Source: an uncultured Bacteroidales bacterium (lineage in GTDB: Bacteria > Bacteroidota > Bacteroidia > Bacteroidales > P3). From it: a stretch of 53,486 nucleotides of DNA. Numbering within the stretch: position 1 is the first letter of the stretch; every line of letters starts with the position of its first letter. The stretch spans positions 1 through 53,486 of the forward strand of contig CAMVAA010000001.1 in the NCBI GenBank assembly GCA_947165345.1. The letters run 5' to 3'. The notes under the pieces were generated by a model. That model saw nothing but the letters and a program-made list of their open reading frames with translations, searched no databases and had not been told where the DNA came from. The position numbers and the translations under genes were made by a program. Shown here one piece after another: positions 47,124 through 53,486 of the stretch.

Positions 47124-48386
47124 CTACACAAAGACGCACTCCGCTCCGGGGTGCGTCTTTTTTTTGCATAGCAGCACCACCCTGCGCTGGCCCACGGTGG
47201 TGGCCACCACGAAGAGGTCGCCGCCCTCCTTCAGCCCCAACTGCCTCTGCAGCTCGGCCGCCGCCACGGGGTAGTTGCGCGTAACCACATGGGCTTTGCC
47301 GTCGGGAATGACCGCCGCCACGGCTTTGCGGCTGGGCTTCACCTCCTGCAGCACACGGAAGGTGCGGCCGTAGAAGTCGCTTTCCAGTCTCTCTGAGGTG
47401 TAGAGGTGCGTGTTGGGCGCCAGTTTCTCCAGGTTCTTCCACTGGCAGATGAGGTTGAATGGTCCCCCTTTCATCAAGGCGGCGTCGGGCTCGTAGAGGT
47501 ATTGTCCAACGGCAGTGCAGAAGCGCGGCTTGGCGGCGGCCTCCTCGCTGCGTGTGAAGTCGCAGCCGCGGACCCCCTCCTCTTTTCCGCCTCTGACGAT
47601 GCAATGTATTCTGGTTTCGCCGTCGTGGTCGCCACAGACGAAGAGCACCTCTTTGCACTCGCCTTTGACGGAGACAACGTGCACCTCGGCTACGTCGCCC
47701 AGCTGGCGGCAGGCAAGGTCTATGTCTATCATGGGCGACGCCTTCACCATCAGCCATCGGCACCTTGAGCGCAGCAGCTCCATGTGTTGAAGTATGTCGG
47801 GCTCGCAGTCCTCGAAAGCGGCCACCTTGCGGCCTGTGGCCGAACGGCGGGCGGGGTCGATGAAGAGGATGTCGAAGCGGCGGTCTTCGTTGGCAAGCCA
47901 TTCCATGCTGTCGCCGCAATGCACGCTGATATTCTCCAATCCGAGGGCCCTGCTGTTTTGCTCCATCAAGGTGCAGAGCTGCTCGTTGCGCTCCACATAG
48001 TCCACCTTGATGGGATGTGAGCGACGCGCGAAGGCGATGCTGTCTACACCCATGCCCCCTGTGAGGTCGGCCACGGTGATTGTCGCCTCTTCGCCGCAGA
48101 GTTCATCGGCCACGCATACCTTGTACAACGCCGTCTCGTCCGACGAGGCTTGCTCGCGGTTGAGGCGTGGAGGGTAGAGGAAATCCTCGCACTCCAGCAG
48201 CCCCGGCCACTTCTCCCGTGCCGTCCGCCGCCCCTCGATCTGCTGCACCACCGCCCCCATGTCGACACCCGGATACCGCGCCCCACTCAACAGCAGCCGC
48301 GCAGTATCCTCCCCCTCATGCCCCCTCACAAACTCAACAACCTCCCTCTTCGCGAGGTCATATTTCCCGCCTTCGGCGCAATCCAT
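47124..48386 (-). CDS. Class I SAM-dependent methyltransferase (THUMP-like-domain family seen in Bacteroidales)
   Basis: Start set at ATG 48386 (MDCAEGGKYD..), because the longer track ORF overlaps the GxxExxY gene. VADLTGGMGVDS (motif I-like) and ILFIDPARR are present. Confidence 0.65.
   Translation of the reverse strand: MDCAEGGKYDLAKREVVEFVRGHEGEDTARLLLSGARYPGVDMGAVVQQIEGRRTAREKWPGLLECEDFLYPPRLNREQASSDETALYKVCVADELCGEEATITVADLTGGMGVDSIAFARRSHPIKVDYVERNEQLCTLMEQNSRALGLENISVHCGDSMEWLANEDRRFDILFIDPARRSATGRKVAAFEDCEPDILQHMELLRSRCRWLMVKASPMIDIDLACRQLGDVAEVHVVSVKGECKEVLFVCGDHDGETRIHCIVRGGKEEGVRGCDFTRSEEAAAKPRFCTAVGQYLYEPDAALMKGGPFNLICQWKNLEKLAPNTHLYTSERLESDFYGRTFRVLQEVKPSRKAVAAVIPDGKAHVVTRNYPVAAAELQRQLGLKEGGDLFVVATTVGQRRVVLLCKKKTHPGAECVFV
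47129..47164. terminator. Terminator hairpin after the HU gene, overlapping the last codons of the convergent methyltransferase gene
   Basis: aagacgcac (47130-47138) pairs with gtgcgtctt (47150-47158), followed by T8. Confidence 0.6.
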
Positions 48387-48403
48387 AAATCTATAAATGT
48401 TTT

Positions 48404-48802
48404 CTATTGACGAAATTCGTGGTTTGTAATCTTTACCATTCCCTGGACGAAGTCTTCTGTTCCAAAATTCATTAGCCAACCTTCGGGTTTGTTCAGCAGT
48501 TTCAGATATGTCCGAAGCTGCTTGAAATGTACTCTCTTTAGTTCCTCAACGGATTTTAGCTCTATGACAACAGTATCGTCCACAAGCAGGTCAATCCGCA
48601 AGTCATTCCCCACCAACTCGCCCTTGTATACTATATTGACAGGAACCTGGGAAACCACGTCGATATCACGGAGTTTGAACTCATGAATTAACGCCTTCTC
48701 ATATACCGACTCCAGTAGGCCAGGGCCTAATTCGTTGTATACATCCATTGCTGCCCCCCGTATCTCATACGAAAGCTCCTTCAGGTAATCCAAATGCATC
48801 AT
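48404..48802 (-). CDS. GxxExxY-family protein (PD-(D/E)xK superfamily small protein)
   Basis: ..GPGLLESVYEKAL.. is the family-naming G-x-x-E-x-x-Y motif. ..RIDLLVDDTVVIELKSV has the D..ExK arrangement. 132 aa, visibly more AT-rich than its neighbours. Confidence 0.8.
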   Translation of the reverse strand: MMHLDYLKELSYEIRGAAMDVYNELGPGLLESVYEKALIHEFKLRDIDVVSQVPVNIVYKGELVGNDLRIDLLVDDTVVIELKSVEELKRVHFKQLRTYLKLLNKPEGWLMNFGTEDFVQGMVKITNHEFRQ

Positions 48803-48809
48803 ATTCTAA

Positions 48810-48995
48810 AACAGATTTATAGATTTCCGCCAAAGGCGGGAGTTCAAACCACAGGGACTCATAACAGATCTTATAACAGATTTATAGATTTCCGCCGAAG
48901 GTGGGAGTTCAAACCACAGGGACTCATAACAGATCTTATAACAGATTTATAGATTTCCGCCGAAGGCGGGAGCTCAAACCGCAAGCGGGAGATAT
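48810..48995. repeat. Tandem repeat, ~2.9 x 65 bp, each unit with a ccgcc-raa-ggygg hairpin
   Basis: aacagatttatagatttccgccaaaggcgggagttcaaaccacagggactcataacagatcttat starts at 48810, 48875 and 48940. The third unit diverges at its end. Confidence 0.9.
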
Positions 48996-49000
48996 CTTAA

Positions 49001-49891
49001 TCAATACACCCCCTCACCATGCAGGCGCGCCAGTCTCTCCACCACCATCGGACGGTCCTCCTTGTAGGTGACACCGAACCACTGTGCCGTAGTCTTCAGC
49101 ACCGTCATCGTGGCGCTCCCGTCGGCTATGAAAGTGTTCACCGCGAAGGGTATGTAGTACTCGCTCTTCATCTCCTGACCGTGCTCGCGCAGGAAGTCCA
49201 CGAAGAGCTTCTCGCTCTTGCCGAAATAGTCCGGCGTGAAGCCGAAGAGGTTCATACTCACCGTGGCGTCAGCGCTGAGCGGGTGCATCGTACCGTCGAC
49301 GTCCTTGTATTCGATGCCGTTCGCCGTGCGTCCTATCGAGGTGCGCTCGGTCATGCCGGCCAGATGCCCCTGGGCGTCTATCTCGCAGACCCCGCGGCTC
49401 ACCGTGCCGTTCTCGCTCAACGTGTTCTCCAGGCGGTAGCCCACCATGCAGTAGCGTCCCTCCGTGCCCGCGAGGGTCTCCAGATGGCGCGCCATGACCA
49501 TGAAAGCGTCGCGACCGTAGAAATCGTCGGCGTTGATGATGGCGAAGGGCTCGTGGATGACATCCTTGGCCATGAGGATGGCGTGGTTCGTGCCCCACGG
49601 TTTCTCGCGTCCTTCCGGAACACTGAAGCCTGCGGGCAGCTTGTCGAGCTCCTGGTAGACATACTCCACCGCTATGCGGCCGCCGAAGTGGTCGGCATTG
49701 ATGTGGCGCTTGAACTCCTCGGCAAACGAGTGGCGTATAACGAAGACCACCTTGCCGAAACCAGCGCGTATGGCGTCCTCGACGCTGTAGTCCATGATAA
49801 TCTCGCCGTGGGGGCCTACGCCGTCCATCTGCTTCAATCCGCCATAGCGGCTACCCATGCCGGCAGCCAGAACAAGTAATGTTGGTTTCAT
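49001..49891 (-). CDS. Sugar-phosphate nucleotidyltransferase family protein
   Basis: Start set at ATG 49891 (MKPTLLVLAAGMGSRYGGLKQ, matching the LAAGxGxRxG..K signature). The track ORF extension overlaps tadA. Confidence 0.75.
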   Translation of the reverse strand: MKPTLLVLAAGMGSRYGGLKQMDGVGPHGEIIMDYSVEDAIRAGFGKVVFVIRHSFAEEFKRHINADHFGGRIAVEYVYQELDKLPAGFSVPEGREKPWGTNHAILMAKDVIHEPFAIINADDFYGRDAFMVMARHLETLAGTEGRYCMVGYRLENTLSENGTVSRGVCEIDAQGHLAGMTERTSIGRTANGIEYKDVDGTMHPLSADATVSMNLFGFTPDYFGKSEKLFVDFLREHGQEMKSEYYIPFAVNTFIADGSATMTVLKTTAQWFGVTYKEDRPMVVERLARLHGEGVY

Positions 49892-49923
49892 AATCTTTAT
49901 GCTATTGTGTTGTGTGTTTATTG

Positions 49924-50370
49924 TCAGCGTTTCTTCTTGAAGAAGTCTTTCATCAGGGCCTCGCACTCGTCGCGCAACACGCCGGCCGTCACCTCGGTCT
50001 TGGGGTGCAGCAGGGGCCCCGTGAGGAGCGTGTATCCGCGCTTGGGGTCCGGAGCGCCGTATACTATGCGGCCCACCTGCGTCCAACCCGCCGCCCCGGC
50101 ACACATCGGACACGGCTCCACGGTGACGTAGAGCGTGCAGTCCTGCAGGTATTTGGCCCCGAGGGCTTCGCTGGCGGCGGTATAGGCCAGCATCTCGGCG
50201 TGAGCCGTCACGTCGTGCAGCAGCTCGGTCTGGTTGTGGGCCCTGGCTATGACGCGCCCCGCGCAGACGATGACGGCGCCTATCGGCACCTCGTCCTCCG
50301 AAGCCGCGGCACGTGCCTCGCGCAGCGCCTCGCGCATATAGTATTCGTCCTCGTTGTCGAAAATACTCAT
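49924..50370 (-). CDS. tadA: tRNA adenosine(34) deaminase
   Basis: ..VPIGAVIV......HAEM.A (HAE zinc motif), ..TVEPCPMCAGA (PCxxC). 148 aa. Confidence 0.9.
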   Translation of the reverse strand: MSIFDNEDEYYMREALREARAAASEDEVPIGAVIVCAGRVIARAHNQTELLHDVTAHAEMLAYTAASEALGAKYLQDCTLYVTVEPCPMCAGAAGWTQVGRIVYGAPDPKRGYTLLTGPLLHPKTEVTAGVLRDECEALMKDFFKKKR

Positions 50371-51119
50371 CGCCGGTCGATATTGAAAAGCAGTGCGTCA
50401 AAGGGTTCGAAGTGAGCCTCCGTCTCCTCTACGGTCAGCATGCCTTGGCGCAGGAAACTCTCCTGCTTCGGCAAGAGGCTCTCCCCTATCTGCAGGTATT
50501 CGTGGAAGCACTTCCACTCTATGCGGGTCAGGTCGCTCTTCTTGTACTCGTCGACGTCTATCTCGTCGGTCTCCACGATGACGGACAGCAGCCCCGTGGG
50601 CTCGAAGAAGTAGTAGCGCTTGTACTGGCCCGGGGCCTCCACCTCGACAGTCTCCAGGCGGTGTCCGCCCATGGCCGTGGTGAGCCCCTTGTATTTGAGC
50701 GTGGCACCGTGGGCGCGCCAGTTGTAGAGCGGCCCACGGAAGTCGTAACCCACAAGGCGCTCGTAGAAGCCCACCTTCTCCACTGTCACCCAGTAGCCGA
50801 GGTCGGGTTTGTACTGCCGGTAGCGGTCCTTGCCGTTGGTGCAGAGTGCCGCGTGCAGCCGCTTCCCTTTCCACACCTCGAGGCGCATCATCTGCGGCGG
50901 CACGAACCACCTCAGCATGACGAAGGTGTCGCCCTGGTCGCCGACCGTCACCACCGTGCGCATGGTGAGGACGCTGTCCGACGGCAAAGCCCCGTAATTG
51001 AGCATGCCTATGTACCGGTCCACGATGCGGGCCGCCGTGTCGGCGTTGGTCTCCACACCCTGCCCCGCGGCCGCCATCGGCAGCACCACGAGCAGCGCTA
51101 TTATGGTCTTCTTTATCAT
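50367..51119 (-). CDS. Secreted hypothetical protein (250 aa)
   Basis: Signal peptide MIKKTIIALLVVLPMAAAGQG. Translationally coupled to tadA (4-nt overlap). I recognise no family. Confidence 0.6.
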   Translation of the reverse strand: MIKKTIIALLVVLPMAAAGQGVETNADTAARIVDRYIGMLNYGALPSDSVLTMRTVVTVGDQGDTFVMLRWFVPPQMMRLEVWKGKRLHAALCTNGKDRYRQYKPDLGYWVTVEKVGFYERLVGYDFRGPLYNWRAHGATLKYKGLTTAMGGHRLETVEVEAPGQYKRYYFFEPTGLLSVIVETDEIDVDEYKKSDLTRIEWKCFHEYLQIGESLLPKQESFLRQGMLTVEETEAHFEPFDALLFNIDRR

Positions 51120-51132
51120 CGTTCTTCTGGTC

Positions 51133-51651
51133 TTATGGTTTCTTGTACGGGAAGGTGAGGTGCTCCACCTGCTGGCGCCGCTTGAACGACACCGAAGCGT
51201 CGAAGCCCAGCTCGCGGGCCAGGCGCACCATGCGCTCCGCCGCGTCGTCGGACGTGGCTATGGTCTGCAGCTCGTCGTAACTCACCGTGCGCCCTATGCG
51301 CTTGCTCAGCTCGGCATAGGTGCCGGCAAAGCGTATGCCCGCCATCGGCGCCGTGACCCACACCGAGTCCACCGTGGCCATGGCTCGCCCTATCTCCATC
51401 AGCTTGCTCACCGAGACCCACAGGGCGCTGTCCTGCGCTATGCGCATCTGCCCCGACGCCGTGATGCCTGCCACGCTGGCCGTGAAGTTGGCCACCGTAT
51501 ACTCGCGCTGCGGCATCCGCACCGGCGTCACCGTGTCCGTCGTCGGTCCCGCGGGCGCGACCGTCTCGCGGGTGCTGCGGCAGCCGCCCAGCGTAAGCGC
51601 CGCCAGCGTCAGCACACATGCCCATACCGCTGTCTGTCTCTTCGTCGTCAT
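51133..51651 (-). CDS. Lipoprotein, DUF4292-like
   Basis: Lipobox LTLGGC. ..SGQMRIAQDSALWVSVSKL.EIGRA..T.DSVWV.. resembles DUF4292. In Bacteroidales such genes follow a TPR gene. Confidence 0.5.
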   Translation of the reverse strand: MTTKRQTAVWACVLTLAALTLGGCRSTRETVAPAGPTTDTVTPVRMPQREYTVANFTASVAGITASGQMRIAQDSALWVSVSKLMEIGRAMATVDSVWVTAPMAGIRFAGTYAELSKRIGRTVSYDELQTIATSDDAAERMVRLARELGFDASVSFKRRQQVEHLTFPYKKP

Positions 51652-53312
51652 GGTTTCCTCTTTGTTTCTGTCCCGCCGCCCACGGCTTCGAGGTGGCGGC
51701 GCAATGTGTCGCTCTTGGGGTCGAGCCGGACGGCCTTCTCGAGGTACCGGCGCGCCTCGCCGTCACGCCCCATCAGGTGAAGTATCCACCCGTAGGTGTC
51801 AAGGCTGTTGGCGTTGTCCGGCTCCGCCTCTATGGTCCGGCGGCTCATCGCCTCCGCCTTCTCCAGCTCCAGGTTCTGCTCCGAGAGGTAGTAGGCGTAG
51901 TTGTTCAGCACCCCCATATTGTCCGGCTGAAGGGCCACACTGCGGTCGAAGGCGCGCCACGCCTGCTCGTAGTGCCCCAGACGGTAGTGGCACTCCGCCA
52001 TGGCGGCATAGCTCTCCGCCTCCAGGTATCCGTTCAGGAAGCCCCACTTGGCGGCCTTCTCCAGCTTCTCCAGCCCCTCGTCGTATTTCTTGCGCCCTAT
52101 GGCGTCAATGGCTTGCATGTACAGCGGCAGCGTCTTCATCGGGAAAAGCATCTCGGCCCTTGCGGCCACCTTCAGCATCTCGCCCTCCCTCTCAGGCACC
52201 TCGCTCAGGCAAATCAGCAGCGCCTCCCACACCTCGTAGCGGCTCGAGTCGTTGCCGAGGCTCAGCTCGAGCCACCGCGCCGCCTCCGCGTACTTCCGCT
52301 GCCTCATCAGCACGTCGCCGTAGACCAGCGCGAACTGCGCCGAGTCGGCACAGTCCTGCATCGCCCGCTCCAACAGCGCGAAGGTCGTAGCGCTGCGGCT
52401 GCCGTAGAACTCCTCGTTGGTGTAGAACTGCGCCAGCAGCTGCACCTTGGTCTTGCAGTCCAGCCGACGGTTCTCGAAGGCCAGCCCCATCTCACGGTCC
52501 GCCGCCTCCGGCTGCCCTATCCGCTTGTAGTACTCCGCCAGCTGTATGTGTATGTACTCGTCGTCCGGGTCCGCCGCCAGCACCCTGTCGTAGTACTGCT
52601 TGGCCTTGGCATAACGTCCGCGGTTCATGTTCATCTCCGCCATCATGGCCTGGTAGCGCTTCTCCGACGGCATGGCACCCGCAAGCCGCTCCAGCTCCCG
52701 CTCCGCCTTGTCCTGCTTCCCTGCTGCCACCCACAGCCGCTGCTTCTGCAGCGACACCGGCTCGCTGATGCCGACCCGCTTCTCCACGCGGTCCAGCACC
52801 TCCACAGCCCTGTCCACATCACCTGCCATGACGTAAGCATTGGAAAGCTCGTAGTAGTTCTCCAGCCTCGACGGGTCCGCCACCACTATCCGCTCCCAGG
52901 CGTCGATGCGTCCTCGCGCGTCGCCGCGGAAGCCGCACACCTCACCCTGCAGCATCAGGTACCACCGGTTCGTAGGCGACAAAGCCGTGGCCCTGCTCAC
53001 ACAAGCCATCGCGCTGTCCGCCCACCCGCGCTGCAGCAGTATCCGGCCCATGCCGTACCACGCCGCCGCGCACTCCGGCCGACGCTCCGCCAACCGGCTG
53101 TAGGCCGCAAGCGCCTCCTCCACATGCCCGCTCTCCTGGAGCGACACCGCCCCGATCAGCTCGCTGTCCTCGTCCAGCTGCTCCTGGCTCACCTCGCGCA
53201 GCGCCGGCCGCTCGTAGCGGCTCGGCACCACCGGCACCGACGCCCTACGGCTCCCGCAGCCGCACACCACGGCCGCCAAAGCCACGCATATCACTATATG
53301 TCTGTATCTCAT
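51648..53312 (-). CDS. Tetratricopeptide-repeat lipoprotein
   Basis: Start set at ATG 53312 (MRYRHIVICVALAAVVCGCG lipobox). Repeated A..Y..A/G..Y..A 34-residue TPR units run throughout. Confidence 0.8.
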   Translation of the reverse strand: MRYRHIVICVALAAVVCGCGSRRASVPVVPSRYERPALREVSQEQLDEDSELIGAVSLQESGHVEEALAAYSRLAERRPECAAAWYGMGRILLQRGWADSAMACVSRATALSPTNRWYLMLQGEVCGFRGDARGRIDAWERIVVADPSRLENYYELSNAYVMAGDVDRAVEVLDRVEKRVGISEPVSLQKQRLWVAAGKQDKAERELERLAGAMPSEKRYQAMMAEMNMNRGRYAKAKQYYDRVLAADPDDEYIHIQLAEYYKRIGQPEAADREMGLAFENRRLDCKTKVQLLAQFYTNEEFYGSRSATTFALLERAMQDCADSAQFALVYGDVLMRQRKYAEAARWLELSLGNDSSRYEVWEALLICLSEVPEREGEMLKVAARAEMLFPMKTLPLYMQAIDAIGRKKYDEGLEKLEKAAKWGFLNGYLEAESYAAMAECHYRLGHYEQAWRAFDRSVALQPDNMGVLNNYAYYLSEQNLELEKAEAMSRRTIEAEPDNANSLDTYGWILHLMGRDGEARRYLEKAVRLDPKSDTLRRHLEAVGGGTETKRKP

Positions 53313-53429
53313 AGGTCTCCTCTCTGTCTTGGTTCGCACCCCGACGCCGCGCACTCGCACCGCCGTCGGGACTCTATACATAACACCGTAACCCCCCATT
53401 TATTGTACCCGCACAAAAACTTTATCTCT

Positions 53430-53486
53430 CCCCCCACCCTCTCTACCCCCTCTCTACCCCCTCTCTGGGTCCTCTCTGGGTCCTCT
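53430..53486. repeat. R1 repeat copy (runs off the window edge)
   Basis: ccccccaccctctctaccccctctctaccccctctctgggtcctctctgggtcctct, nearly identical to 13765-13810. Confidence 0.9.

Noticed and set aside
48810-48995. Possible CRISPR array
   Set aside because: The 65-bp units abut directly with no unique spacers. The unit length is wrong for CRISPR repeats and there are no cas genes, so this is a simple tandem repeat.

Overview
This 53.5-kb chromosomal window comes from a GC-rich Bacteroidota (Bacteroidales-like) genome. The evidence is several cargo proteins with type IX secretion C-terminal sorting domains, TTTG/TAnnTTTG promoter boxes, and the Bacteroidota gene order of the division/cell-wall (dcw) cluster. 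Most real genes lie on the minus strand. The long plus-strand ORFs opposite them are GC-driven antisense artefacts. Housekeeping content: rsmE, mnmA, a complete dcw cluster (mraZ-rsmH-ftsL-ftsI-murE-mraY-[murD remnant]-ftsW-murG-murC-ftsQ-ftsA-ftsZ), an S46 peptidase, rpoN, ribH, fmt, HU, tadA and a TPR/lipoprotein operon. Accessory content: five T9SS cargo genes, namely a BspA-type LRR protein, two tandem choice-of-anchor-L paralogs, a 5'-truncated FN3 protein and a 2131-aa adhesin containing a near-perfect 2 x 1977-bp tandem duplication. I saw no rRNA, tRNA, CRISPR array, integrase or transposase. The most interesting region is a clearly AT-rich ~4.5-kb island (1753-6286). It is bracketed by 86-bp direct repeats and sits in a locus where the 3' tail of the upstream gene occurs three times. 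The island carries a co-directional cassette of three genes: an unknown N-domain fused to a T5orf172/GIY-YIG-like domain, a TIR/nucleoside-deoxyribosyltransferase-like domain fused to an unknown C-domain, and a DUF1016 PD-(D/E)xK nuclease. I propose this cassette as a candidate undescribed anti-phage system. Other oddities: the murD slot holds only a degenerate 178-aa C-terminal domain; rpoN has no stop codon and runs in frame into a signal-peptide M23 peptidase; MurC has a His/Asp/Glu-rich insertion; two families of G-depleted intergenic repeats occur, one copy in frame inside ftsL; and a GxxExxY mini-gene sits next to a 65-bp tandem array. All domain calls come from motif recognition by eye, with no searches run.
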